DNA of 60,411 nt, the filler included, from Squatina squatina (Eukaryota), in assembly GCA_031763465.1 (NCBI GenBank). It is 3 parts of 3 records of this genome, joined end to end, with 100 filler letters (N's around TTAATTAATTAA, not from the genome) between each part and the next. Parts side by side here need not be neighbours in the genome. Positions count along the whole stretch, not along the records: positions 19,884 to 38,243 come from JARFOE010000058.1; 2 more parts are not named here. One strand, given 5' to 3'. The position numbers and the translations under genes are program-made. The notes below the pieces were generated by a model that saw nothing but the letters and a program-made list of their open reading frames with translations, was not told where the DNA came from and searched no databases. Position 1 is the first letter of the stretch. Each line of letters begins with the position of its first letter. Positions 22,965 through 35,973 of this stretch are shown in pieces.

Positions 22965-25272
22965 TATATCTTTCTATTCTATTTGCTAGGTTATTAATAC
23001 CATTTATAATGTTGCAATGAGAATATTCATTGAAAAAATGCATCAAAAAATAATTTTCTATTGGAGACATTGATAGGTACAGGGCACTCCCTTTTAGACA
23101 TTTTAAGAATGCAAGGCCAGAGAATGCAGCTTTATTTACATGTTCATCGCTGCATGGAAGAGGCAATGTGATCAGAATTAGAGAATCACAGCTTCCCATA
23201 AGTGTTTGATGAGATAACAGCAGTAAATGAGGGGGAACATCAGAGAAAGATATCTAACTACAAACATGAAAAGAGTAGAAGGCCTGTTGTTGCATTAAAC
23301 TAGGATAACCAAAACCAAAGGCCAAATAAGTGTCAAGGTGAGTTCACTGAAATTCTACCCTGAGAAGCCTACTTCAATAGTGTTATGAATTTTTTTTGGA
23401 AAAAGAACATTTTGCTGTCACAATTTTTCTCATCAATGGCTTTGACAAATTTTAACTTCAGATTAATTAGATCCGACTCCCCTCCCCCCAAACCTACATT
23501 TGAAATGTAAATGCTTATCCATTTAGTATTCACTACACCTTTCTGCCTGGTATTGAAGTAGGTTAGACAGCAGATAAACAGGCTTCAGTTTCGTTTTGAG
23601 CACACAGGCTTCAAATCCCCCTTTGTGATATATTAGAGTAAGAACTCGCTCCATTATAGGATTGAACAAAGCGATTTCATACGAATGTGCTAAGTATTTG
23701 CATGTGAACATCACACAGGGGGAATTTCAAGGCCATAGTGAGATTTGCAGTATGACTCTGTCGAGCAAAGTTAGGACAGTCGAAAGTTTCACGTTGACTT
23801 GCTTCATCCTGATGCAGATCAGGATTGAGCAACTCTTTCCCAAGCTGCACTGCTGATTCAGCATGCCAGATCATTGCGTTAAACACATCTTTCAAGTGCC
23901 TGCTCTTGTGAAAGGTTGTAAGACAAGTTTTATTCTGCGTTTTCCCATTACATGATGTATTCTGCTGAAGGGACTGAGACTACTTCTCTACAAGGTCCCC
24001 AGTCACAAGAATAGAAACCTCATATTTTAATAATCTTTCATAAAGCTGGTTTAAGTTTCTAATTGAAACTCTGCATATTTTAAGAGCTACTGTTAACATT
24101 CTTCTCTACTTTAGGTCTAATTTTAACAGGTTGGGGAATGAGCTATGGATTGTGAAACTGAAGTGGGAAGGATGCTCCTGATACCAGTCTTCAATTTACT
24201 AATGTAGTTATCTATTTTTAATATTTAACAGCCCCACTGAGCCATGTAGCTAGAAACTTAAATGTGGTCCAGGCCAAATAACGATGGCTTTGTGGTTGTT
24301 CTTGTTCCAGATCATTGGGATCAATTTCCACTTCCATTTGCTCTGAAGGCAGACACAGACAACACAAATTATGAAAACATTGCCTGTGAGTTGTTGGTTT
24401 CCAAATCTTATTGGATAAATACCACACTGAATGACTAGAGATTTTGTTTTCAACTAATTTTAGCAAAAAAGGTAGATATATGTATGAAGCAGAAAACATT
24501 ATTAATTCTACTTTTCTAAATTAAGCTTAGTGATTGAAACAAGGTATTCGCCCTAAACGCTGACTATTCTCTAGGTTCTTGTTATGTTGATTAACTTGGG
24601 AGATCAGGCAGAAATTTCAGAATTTTATCCTTTACCTGAGGTTATTCAGCTCCCTGTGGATTGTAAATAAATTGGAAAGAGTCCATGACGGTGTAAATTA
24701 TACATGGGTTGCAGGAACAAGTGACTGATCAGCACTTTTTGGTACCATTTTTTCCTATTAGATCTGAGAAATTGTTCAAATGACCTTAATGGATTCCTTT
24801 CAAAATGGTTTACTAAACTAGATATTCTCTTGTGGGACTAGGTGCTAAAGGATAAAATTGCCATTTAGCATTTTCTATTTGAATTGCTAACAAATCAATG
24901 TCACCAATGGAGTAAAAACATTGAATCGTCAGTATGTATTCAATAGCATGATAGTATCAGTACCGATCACATGGACACATGAGCAACTGATATGCCCACA
25001 AAGTCAGGAGAGGTCTTGCTCTGCAGTGAAGGAACAGCATTATCATATTTCTGCATCACAAGAATGCAATGTTCATTTTCTGATGTGTAACAAAAAGACA
25101 ATTGGTTCATCATGTCATAAAAGTGTATTAAGTTGGTAGTCTTCTATTCGATGGGATTCATATATAGAACGGNNNNNNNNNNNNNNNNNNNNNNNNNNNN
25201 NNNNNNNNNNNNNNNNNNNNNNNNNNNNNNNNNNNNNNNNNNNNNNNNNNNNNNNNNNNNNNNNNNNNNNNN

Positions 25273-25591
25273 TTCTCGCTGCCGCGATCACCTGCCCCAC
25301 CCTCCCCCAACCCCTGTTCTTTGCCTCCCTCCCTTATTGACGTGCTCCCATCTCCCACCCCTGGTGTCTCCTACAGTCCACGGCTGTGGCCGTCTACCCC
25401 CGGCTTTCCCACTGGGCAGCCTGCCAGTCCCTCAACCTGGCCAGCTGGCAGGCGGGAAACGGAATGAAAAAATAATGAGGTCCTGCTGTTAAATTCGGCA
25501 GGACCTCTGCATTCCCAGGATTACCGGGTTCCCCCACCCCCAGCAACTGCGCTTCCCCACCTCCCCGTAAACATTGGGGCAATTGTAGCCC
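25273..25591. mobile_element. GC-rich MITE-like fragment
   Basis: GC-rich island in an AT-rich intron ending gcaattgtagccc. Confidence 0.45.
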
Positions 25592-27795
25592 TTCCAGGAA
25601 CTTGGTGATACAGCATCAGAACTGCATATACAACAGGAACCTCATCATTACAAACCTCATATTATAATGAAAAGTGGATACTTTCCAAACAATTCAAGGA
25701 TTCAAATCCCAATAAGCTTAGTTTTTACTCTTGGAAAAACTACTTTGGCAGCTCATGACTTTGAGTTAATAAGGTTCATGGCTATGTGCATCAGACCATA
25801 GATGAAATAAGCATGAAAGAGGGAGAATAAAAACTGCAATAGAAATAATTCACAAAGAAATAAGACTGAATGAGAATGCATACAAAATGGGGGGAAAAAG
25901 CAAAGATAATAGAAAACAAACAGACTCAGAAATCACGTGCATCCAATCATTATTGAATGAACACAACAAGAAATATTGTCAACTTAAAGACTAACTTACT
26001 TCTGTCACACACAAAGCCCCACCATTTATCAAACCCACAGCCAGCCAGCTTTGTGTGTGTTAACTAAGAGCTACCATACTCATAAAGATTTGATCGCAAA
26101 CTAAATGAGGATAATTTTCTGACTTTGCTCCCAGTGGGGAGCTTTGCCTGCCGAGAGCACACATCGTAAGTTCCAACAGACATTGTGCACAATTTTATGA
26201 CCTTTCAAAATAAGGGTTGGAAAATTATACACTACACAAGCCAGAATTTCCGATGTACACTCTCAGTTGTCAAGGCTCCCCGCTGGGGTGTAAAGTACAA
26301 AAATTACCTCCAACATCCCAAGATTATAATTCTCAGTCCAAGTCAAGTACTTCCACTNNNNNNNNNNNNNNNNNNNNNNNNNNNNNNNNNNNNNNNNNNN
26401 NNNNNNNNNNNNNNNNNNNNNNNNNNNNNNNNNNNNNNNNNNNNNNNNNNNNNNNNNAAAATATTATATTAATAATTAATAGAAGTAAAGCCATGATATT
26501 TTAAAGTAAAGTTCATGTAAATGACTGAAGACTATTTGCAATATGCTTTAAATAAAACAAATCCTGTGCTTTTGGACTTTTTGGTGCATCAAGATGACAG
26601 TCAACCTGAAAGGACTATTATGTAGAACACGCTCCTCGGTGACATTGCTTTGATTCGTTTAAAATTAATTGTTAATCTAATACTTTTCATTTCCCTCTTC
26701 ATTTTGTGCAGTGACAGTTGATTACCCTCTGAGTGATGAATATCCTTGTTGTAGAACGTGCTATTACCAACTATTGTTAATAATACTGTGTAGAATTATA
26801 ATGAAGGCCTTAGGAAGCGTTACCAGCGCAGTGCAAGGTATATTTTTCACATTAAGTAGCTTGTTTTACAGGGAATGATAAACTGTAATGCATAAAATAA
26901 ATGAGCATTCCTGCATTATAAATTATTTAAAACATGGTCCATGTGAACGTTGGATGAATTTGATTGCACAGATTTAGAAGAAGCAAAAATAAACACATTT
27001 CTTAAATATCAGTTTTATGGAGTCCATTACAGTTAACCAATCTGATGGACCAAAAGCTCAGCCATTACTGCATGACAAAGCGCTGTAGTTTTGGAATAAG
27101 CTTATATAAAATAGCAGAGTGAGCTCTTCAATGATTACTATTTCCTTGATTTTACCTTGTCTGTAAAACATAACATTCATGCACTTTAAATTCATAGATT
27201 TTCAAATGCAGCCACCCGATCTTGGATGGGCAGAGACATATTTCTGTTATTTTCTGTATCTGTTGACTTAATAGTACATTATTTTTGTTGTTCTATACCA
27301 ATAAAGAAATATTTTCAGCAATGATAGCACCATTTTGCTTTGGGTAGCTGACAGTATCTCTTGATTTTTAACACAGAAGTGTCACTATTTGCAGACCATC
27401 CCCGATAGAAGTTTTAAAACCACTACTTTCATCAACCTGAGATCTTCTGTTCAAGCAAAAGAATATATGGTGGGGGCGGGGGCGGGGGCTGCAGGGGGCA
27501 GGTGGGCAAGGGGGTAGACAAACCCAACCCGCCCAACATGAAACTGATGGGATCCAATTTGCCGCCCCATTTTACACTCTGCTTGATTTTGACTTCAGTG
27601 GAAAGTGAAATCGCGCNNNNNNNNNNGTAGGGTAGATAAAAATACTCGAGTAAATGACCACAAGGTGAAAGATTCTGCTCCTCTCTCTTAAGGAACTGCT
27701 ACCTCCTATTCCACTATAGCCTTAAACTATAAAACAAACAGCATGAAAACATACTGCAAGTAACATCTGCAGGGAACGGTAGCATACCATTTATG

Positions 27796-27878
27796 TTGGA
27801 AATACTCAGCAGGTCAGGCAGCATCTGTGGAGAGAGAAACAGAGTTAACGTTTCAGGTTGATGACTGTTCTAACGAAG
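27796..27878 (-). mobile_element. Penelope-type terminal repeat with truncated hammerhead; inverted copy begins at the gap edge
   Basis: ...agagttaacgtttcaggttgatgac followed by forward gttctaacgaag. Confidence 0.65.
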
Positions 27879-29660
27879 NNNNNNNNNNNNNNNNNNNNNN
27901 NNNNNNNNNNNNNNNNNNNNNNNNNNNNNNNNNNNNNNNNNNNNNNNNNNNNNNNNNNNNNNNNNNNNNNNNNNNNNNGTCTGCTCCTGACATCTACGTA
28001 AGTAGACTTTCTAACGTCTAGTAGCAATAAAGAGCAGGAATTCAGGCTGATATATTTTTATCTCCTCCCTACCCTGGAGACACCAAAGCCAACTGTAATG
28101 CCCTTCTGTTGTCCCTGTTGGGATTAGCAAAATAGTTCTTTCTCTTCTGTACTGCTTACTACTCCAACCAGACCTTGCACTTACCCACCGAGCCAGTGGG
28201 AATCTCCACTATGGCCTATTTGAATAAGCACCCACTAAGTTCTATAAAATATGTTTGTTATTAAAAATGTCATTTTGTGAAAATCTTATGTTATTTTTAT
28301 AAGTTATTGAAAAGATGAATTACAGCTTCAGAACAGACTGTTTACAATGATGTATTTTTCAATATCCTCATTTCCAAGAGTAAACCACAATCTGATAAGA
28401 AACCACTTTATCAAGATGGGTAAATAACTAATAAGATTTGAATTATTAAGGTTGGATTTTAGTTTTTAAGTACATTCAAGACTAAAATAGATTATTCCTA
28501 TTTGCACTATTTATGACAGGGCTAAATCTATGACAAGAGGTAAAACTTATGAATGATAAAATGTGATAAATTGCTTTGAAGCTATTGCGGGAACAAGCAC
28601 CTGTTCAAGCTTGGCTAGACAGCCAACCAGATGATGAATGGACAGAGAATATCAGAAGGTAAATTCACCCTACTTCAGAAAGGGAGTGGTAGAAGAGTAG
28701 GAGGAAGACTCCAAACTTACAAATCATGCAGCAGAAGCTAAGCAATCAGACTGAAATAATACAAGTGGAACTCATAATCTACTCGGAGCAGCTGATTCCC
28801 TGGCTGTTTACTCACACACCCACTCTGTTGAATTGGAATTGTTACAACACATGGTGGTTTTATGATTATAATTACTTTAAAACATTGAATTGATATGATT
28901 ATGGATAGATTAATGTNNNNNNNNNNNNNNNNNNNNNNNNNNNNNNNNNNNNNNNNNNNNNNNNNNNNNNNNNNNNNNNNNNNNNNNNNNNNNNNNNNNN
29001 NNNNNNNNNNNNNNNNNNNNNNNNNNNNNNNNNNNNNNNNNNNNNNNNNNNNNNNNNNNNNNNNNNNNNNNNNNNNNNNNNNNNNNNNNNNNNNNNNNNN
29101 NNNNNNNNNNNNNNNNNNNNNNNNNNNNNNNNNNNNNNNNNNNNNNNNNNNNNNNNNNNNNNNNNNNNNNNNNNNNNNNNNNNNNNNNNNNNNNNNNNNN
29201 NNNNNNNNNNNNNNNNNNNNNNNNNNNNNNNNNNNNNNNNNNNNNNNNNNNNNNNNNNNNNNNNNNNNNNNNNNNNNNNNNNNNNNNNNNNNNNNNNNNN
29301 NNNNNNNNNNNNNNNNNNNNNNNNNNNNNNNNNNNNNNNNNNNNNNNNNNNNNNNNNNNNNNNNNNNNNNNNNNNNNNNNNNNNNNNNNNNNNNNNNNNN
29401 NNNNNNNNNNNNNNNNNNNNNNNNNNNNNNNNNNNNNNNNNNNNNNNNNNNNNNNNNNNNNNNNNNNNNNNNNNNNNNNNNNNNNNNNNNNNNNNNNNNN
29501 NNNNNNNNNNNNNNNNNNNNNNNNNNNNNNNNNNNNNNNNNNNNNNNNNNNNNNNNNNNNNNNNNNNNNNNNNNNNNNNNNNNNNNNNNNNNNNNNNNNN
29601 NNNNNNNNNNNNNNNNNNNNNNNNNNNNNNNNNNNNNNNNNNNNNNNNNNNNNNNNNNNN

Positions 29661-29736
29661 GAAACGTTGACTCTGTTTTTCTCTCCACAGATGCTGCCTG
29701 ACCTGCTGAGTTTTTCCAGCAATTTTTGTTTGTATT
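29661..29736 (+). mobile_element. Penelope-type terminal repeat with 3' half of hammerhead (GAAACGUU)
   Basis: gaaacgttgactctgtttttctctccacagatgctgcctgacctgctgag directly after a long gap. Confidence 0.7.
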
Positions 29737-32532
29737 GGGAATACTAATATCAGTTCCGAAAATCCCCAAATTATTGGGGAAAGAAAGCACAACGCCAGCA
29801 CACCCTTTCATTATTATCTGAGTTCTCAAATTAATTGTATTTATGATAAAGAAATATCAAAACTGAAAGCTCAGTATGCTAAAAATGGAAGTTGTGGACT
29901 GAATTCTCCAACATACTCTGACATGCAAACCACTAGAAATTAGAATCAAATGATTTGCCCAGGAAGATATGCTGCAGAGATAACATATGTTGAGAATTAG
30001 TACCACTGGTTTGTGGCCTCACAAAAATGGATGGAATAACAAAAAGCCCCAGAATATCTGTAATAAAACCCTGGAGTTTGATTTATTTGTCATGGTAAAC
30101 CGAAAGGCCCCGGTAAGAATGCAACAACGTCAGGGTGTCAGCATCAGGGAAATGTTAGGAGTGAAATCTATTGAAAAAAGAGACCAAGTGCAAGCCTATT
30201 TAAGCACAGGGAGCTGCAATTGTTTTAAAGAGTGGGGTCTGTCAAAATTGGTGTCATTTTTAAACTAAAATGAGTAAGTCTCACTCCAGTGAGTGGGAGT
30301 TGATAGGTCTACAGGCGTTTTAGAGCAAGCACCGTTCTTAATATGCATATAGTGCAGACAGAAGAGATCAGTATTCTTTGCTATCACTCCCCATTCAGCC
30401 TCATCACATTGGTGGTGTCCTATAGCTGTCATACAATCGATTAGCTGTGCTTTTGGCCAGTTTGTGCTAAAGGGGAAATGTAATGATTGTCAAAACGTGA
30501 CCTACTACGCTCTACATAAGCAACTGAGGCAATGATTAGAAGCCCTAGCTTATACTGCAGTGATTGTCAAATGCAGTGTTTTCATTTCTGTTAATATCCG
30601 GAACTGGAATTTTCATCCTTTAGGCTTCTCTGATAGGGCGTGTTGGAATAGTGAAAAGATACGGCACGAATCTAATTAGCGCCAAAAGTAGGAAATTGCC
30701 AACTAAGCATTAATGATTTGATCCGCTATGTGAGTTTCAAATTGTAAATGAAGTATTGAATTATATTCCTAGCAGCATTGTATATTCTTGTTAAAAGGTC
30801 CGAGAGGAAATCGAAATTGGGAAATAGGTAATCATTTATACAATTTGATAAGAATTAAGAAATTATGTAGGAAATTTATCATAATATGTGAAGTAGGCAC
30901 CTTCATGAATGCTGCTCATTGTGTGAGGAGGCGGCGGAGAGTGTCGGTAGGCCTCCCGGCCGTAAATAGAAGAAACACGCTTCTCGCCATATAAATGCAT
31001 TTTGTTCTTTCTTTCTTCTTCCATACCTCCTCCTTTAGATTGGAGAACTAATTCTGCAACATAGTCTGAATTTCCCCCTTCATTCATGACCAACAAGAAT
31101 CGCATGTATGCAGACCCGCAAACCTTGTGCTTGTGAATATATGTTTCACTGATATCGCCAGGAGGTCCCACAGGCCAGCTATATGAAAATGGCACTTGCG
31201 GCTTGTACAGGTGGATGGACAATTTCATCAAAAGGGCTTTTCCCGACGTCAGTGCTACAATGTGAGTAGGGTATGAAATGCTTTCTACAAACACAACCTA
31301 AAATCAGAAGGACACACTCTGTACTTGTGCTGTTTATCATAGTCAAAATGGACATAGTACAAAAAATATTGCACACCCACCATAACACTCTACTGAAAAC
31401 TTCCCTGGTTGTAAATCCTGTGCCTGACAAGAAATTCTGTACTTTCTTTTTTCTCCTCTTCCCCCCCGCCACCCTTCCCCTCCCCCATTCCCTGCCCCTT
31501 CAATCCCTTCAACCATCGGCCAACTTTACAACTTAACAACCTGCAGACTGTGTCCCCGTGGCATCTGAAGGGGAAAAACAACACTACCCGGCAGACTGGA
31601 GACAGAGAGCAGCCTGAAGAAGTTAATGATTACTTCTGTCTGGCTTTATAATCAAATCATTTCTATTCCTGATCACACGGCTTTTCTTCCCTGACACACC
31701 ACAGAGGCACATTGTGAGGGTTGCAGCTTGTGATATAAATCACTCGCCGCCAGCATTTTCTTGGTGCATCTCCCACATCTTAAGTGTTTGTGTCCTGGAG
31801 GTTTTCATTTGCAAGTAAATTAGTCGTTGTCGCACCCCCCCCCCACCCACTCCACAACCTCACCCNNNNNNNNNNNNNNNNNNNNNNNNNNNNNNNNNNN
31901 NNNNNNNNNNNNNNNNNNNNNNNNNNNNNNNNNNNNNNTAGAAGATTGCATTATTAAATGCAATTTGACACACTTAACCCCCCACACAAACAAAAAGTCT
32001 GGAATAATGTTCTGCTGCAGTATTTATCTTTTATTGGTAACCTCCTGGTATTTTGCAATTCTGAAAAAAATATTTTCTGATGAGGCGCACAGAAAGCAGA
32101 TTTTGACCTCCGACAAGTTGATTTATTTTCAAACTGCTGAGCGCTCCCGGCGGTGATGGGTTGCCTTGTAGTCTCACCCCCTCCACACACACAGACAGCC
32201 ATATAGTATATCTGCCTCGTCAATAATAAAGTGACTACTTGCAAGGTTTGACTGAACGTAGTTGGAAAAGAAACGGAAAAACGCCCGCCGCTTTTCATCT
32301 TGATCCTTATTCCGATATTTTACAACTGGGCTCAGTGGACACCTCGCTGCTTGACGCTGACCTCAAATCGATCGGTGCACTATTTTTTTTTACTTGGGGC
32401 GGGGAGTGGCTTTGAACATCTTTTCAGGAGAGGGAGGTCGACACCGCTGCGGGCACTGGGAATCTGAAATGAAGACAGAGAGGCTGCAAGCACTCAGCAA
32501 CTCAGGCAGCCCCCGTGCAGAGAGGAAGGTAG

Positions 32533-32568
32533 AGTTCACTTTTCAGGTCGACGACCCTTCGTCAGAAC
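32533..32568 (-). ncRNA. Hammerhead motif, mutated (GAAAAGUG), in repeat copy ~32460-32568
   Basis: GUU-CUGACGA-AGGGUCGUCGACCU-GAAAA-GUG-AACU; G at position 17 is normally non-cleavable. Confidence 0.5.
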
Positions 32569-34769
32569 CAGGCGGCACCTCGGCCTTTGGAACGGACTCG
32601 GTCTTATCTGCAATGATTAAAGGCGACATTCGGCCACGTTTTTTGGGACCGAATGGAACTTTGCAAGGCGATTATTATCTCACAGCTTCACACGCTTGTC
32701 TTAAGTAGGGCGAACGCACTTCACACCTCATAATGCCTGGGTGCTTGCTAAGTGTTCAGAGATGTTGCGAACTCCACATTGACGCATTAAACAGCAACTT
32801 CGCCAATACTTTGTATAAAAAGCGAGAGCCGATTGTTCGCAGTTCACACATCAATTCTCCACTCCGTGGTACCGCTGGCTCAGATGTTCTAAGTTCTACC
32901 GCAGTGTACCACATCTCCTGTGCACTCTTCCGTGAATCTTTAATTACTGCATTCAAATGTGACTTTCTCGAGTGCATTGAGCAGCTATGGTCCCAGAAGG
33001 TAATTCGCCCAGAGCCCGTTCCTTAAATACAAGCCTCAGGAAGGCAAAAAGGGGGCGGCGGGAGGGCGAGTGATGGGGCGGCGGGGCAGAAATGAGAGAG
33101 GCCGGGGTGCGAGAAACCGAGAGAAAGAGAAAGATTTATGTTTTTAAGAGAGAGAAAAAAAAACTTTCAGGTCTGCAAACGGTGATCGGAGACTGTTGCG
33201 GTTCTTTGTCTGTCAGAGACTATCGGGCGTGTATGTGGCGCTCAATACACGGGGGTAGATCCAATTAAAACAGCAAAAGGTCACTTAAGGATTTCCATAT
33301 CCTAGAGCAGTCTCTGGAAATAAAGGAAATGTCAGGAAAATCCAGCGTCTCGAATTGGTGGGACACTTACAAGCGCCCGGTAGAAATGAATNNNNNNNNN
33401 NNNNNNNNNNNNNNNNNNNNNNNNNNNNNNNNNNNNNNNNNNNNNNNNNNNNNNNNNNNNNNNNNNNNNNNNNNNNNNNNNNNNNNNNNNNNNNNNNNNN
33501 NNNNNNNNNNNNNNNNNNNNNNNNNNNNNNNNNNNNNNNNNNNNNNNNNNNNNNNNNNNNNNNNNNNNNNNNNNNNNNNNNNNNNNNNNNNNNNNNNNNN
33601 NNNNNNNNNNNNNNNNNNNNNNNNNNNNNNNNNNNNNNNNNNNNNNNNNNNNNNNNNNNNNNNNNNNNNNNNNNNNNNNNNNNNNNNNNNNNNNNNNNNN
33701 NNNNNNNNNNNNNNNNNNNNNNNNNNNNNNNNNNNNNNNNNNNNNNNNNNNNNNNNNNNNNNNNNNNNNNNNNNNNNNNNNNNNNNNNNNNNNNNNNNNN
33801 NNNNNNNNNNNNNNNNNNNNNNNNNNNNNNNNNNNNNNNNNNNNNNNNNNNNNNNNNNNNNNNNNNNNNNNNNNNNNNNNNNNNNNNNNNNNNNNNNNNN
33901 NNNNNNNNNNNNNNNNNNNNNNNNNNNNNNNNNNNNNNNNNNNNNNNNNNNNNNNNNNNNNNNNNNNNNNNNNNNNNNNNNNNNNNNNNNNNNNNNNNNN
34001 NNNNNNNNNNNNNNNNNNACCTTTCCCCAGCAACAGTGTCACATTTAGACTGCAGTCACTATAGTTTTGGAAGACACCTTTACACATTTAAGTAGTCTCA
34101 AAAAAGCAAGAAATATGCATGTCAAACTCAGCTGTCAGTCAATAACAATGGAGCAGTTTTAATAACAGGCTGGTTTCTGAAACCCCAGCATGCTAAACAC
34201 TCTTCGATACAGCCACCTCTTTAATTTTCCCCATTCAAACATATGTCAAGTTGACAAAACCATGTATGGGGATAATGTGAATTAATTGTATTAAGTTGTG
34301 TAATGTTAATGATGCACTTGCCTAATTTGCTCTGCAGTCATGTTTGTTCCTTGCGTGCCACGAACTTCTCTGTGGGGGTTGTGCTTTGCTGCTAATTAAA
34401 GGATTAGCGCTGGTAGGGGACTGCTCAGACCACAGTGGACTTTTAGGGATACATAATGCCTGCCACCTGATTCTTCAACAAAGGACATGCATCAGTGCCA
34501 AGTCTCTGGTGTTGTAGTTGCTCTGGGCTGTATTTTTTGAGGCAGTGCCTACCCTGATTTGTGCAGCATAATGTGATGAAATAAAACAGGAGCAGAGATT
34601 AGGTTAACTTTCTTTTAAGATGACCGTAAACCCCCTCTAAACGGCAACAATTACAAATGACTTGATTTATTTTAACACATTTCAGACGCTACCCGTGATC
34701 TGGGTTGCTGGATCCCGGTGTGATGTTTATTACCATTAATGTACTAGACTTAACACAGGAGTTGCTTAC

Positions 34770-34860
34770 CTATTTGTACATTGCTGGGGAAAGCACCCAA
34801 GGCTACACCAAAAAGCACGTTGAGTAATAGGAAGACAGACTGCAGAAGGTTTTGTCCCAT
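34770..34860 (-). CDS. GRIA3: AMPA receptor first coding exon (signal peptide)
   Basis: ATG at 34860: MGQNLLQSVFLLLNVLFGVALGAFPSNVQI+G, then gtaagc donor. 91 nt, the same length as human GRIA3 from its MGQ methionine (recalled). Not in the ORF track. Confidence 0.85.
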
Positions 34861-35350
34861 TTTCTCCCTGATTTCAATTCCTTAAGACCGACCTGAAAAC
34901 GGCAAACCAGCCGCACTGGATGTAAATCCCACTCTTGCCCCCCTCCTTCGTCCTCCCTCTCTCTTCAAAGCGGTCCACTTGCGACCACTGAGCTCGACGA
35001 GGATAAAATATTCTGCCAGAGGAAAATAGGACTATTTCACACTGGCAAAGATGGTGGTGAAGTGAGGAGCGGATCTGAACATGCGCCTCCAATTGGAGCG
35101 GCGAGGGAAGANNNNNNNNNNNNNNNNNNNNNNNNNNNNNNNNNNNNNNNNNNNNNNNNNNNNNNNNNNNNNNNNNNNNNNNNNNNNNNNNNNNNNNNNN
35201 NNNNNNNNNNNAGGGAATATTGATCAAACTTGATCTGACGTTGAATTAAGCAGCATCTCTTAACATCGCTGCAACTGCAGAGCGGGCTGCAAAGCACAAG
35301 TACTGGACCGGCGTTTGTCAACAGCGCGATGTGCTGAATAAGAAAACACA
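34861..35350 (-). promoter_or_regulatory. Probable 5' UTR / proximal promoter of the GRIA gene (gap inside)
   Basis: CpG-containing, GA-rich sequence immediately upstream of the start codon. Confidence 0.45.
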
Positions 35351-35724
35351 ACTCTCACGTGTACTCAAAGCATTAAAGAGACATCGTCGCGTTTTTTTTA
35401 AATTACCTAAGATGCAAGCATTTCAAAGCTATCAGAAACCAAAACAGCACAGAATCATCGAGCACAGAAAGAGGCCATTCGGCAACGTTATTACGCATAG
35501 CGATAGGGGCTGCCTGCCTTGATTTTTGTTCTGAACTTTGAGTCTCAGGTCTATTTTCAGTTGAACGTGGAAATATACAGGACCGAAAAAAACAGCCCAT
35601 TTCGGCCCATCTAGCCAGAGTTCAAAAACTGAGGGAGGAATTGAATTCAATAATAATTCGCATTCTCTTGTAATAACATTTTATAAAAGCTCAGTTTTGG
35701 TATGTTGATTATTTTGACGATTCG

Positions 35725-35973
35725 ACAACTTGCATTTATCTCACGCCTTTAACATATTAAAACCTCCCAAGGTCCTTCACAGGAGCGTTATCAAACAAAA
35801 CTTCTCACCCAGCCACATAAGGAGATATTAGAACAAGAGGTCAGTTTTAAGGAGCATCTTAAAGTAAGAGAGGTAGAGAGGCAGAGAGGTTTAGGGAGGG
35901 AATTCCAGAGTTTAGCGCCCAGGCAGCTGAAGGCACAGCCATCAATGGTGGAGTGATTAAACCCGGGGATGCG
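35725..35973 (-). mobile_element. L2 LINE 3' end
   Basis: acaacttgcatttat...gcctttaacat tail complement, followed by ggagcatcttaaag...gagaggtttagggagggaattccagag (end of L2 ORF2). Confidence 0.75.

Noticed and set aside
28738-29829. Long ORFs in the track here, at 33329-34095 and across other gaps
   Set aside because: Artefacts of N-runs translated as X.
31546-31570. RE1/REST-like sequence (minus TTCAGATGCCACGGGGAC) in the GRIA intron
   Set aside because: Too many mismatches to both RE1 half-sites.
33371-33391. Possible 3' end of GRIA exon 2 (…GCT T|GTAAGT, minus) at the gap edge
   Set aside because: Phase and donor fit, but the peptide SFLPGA does not match the highly conserved NSF(S/A)VTNA; too short to call.
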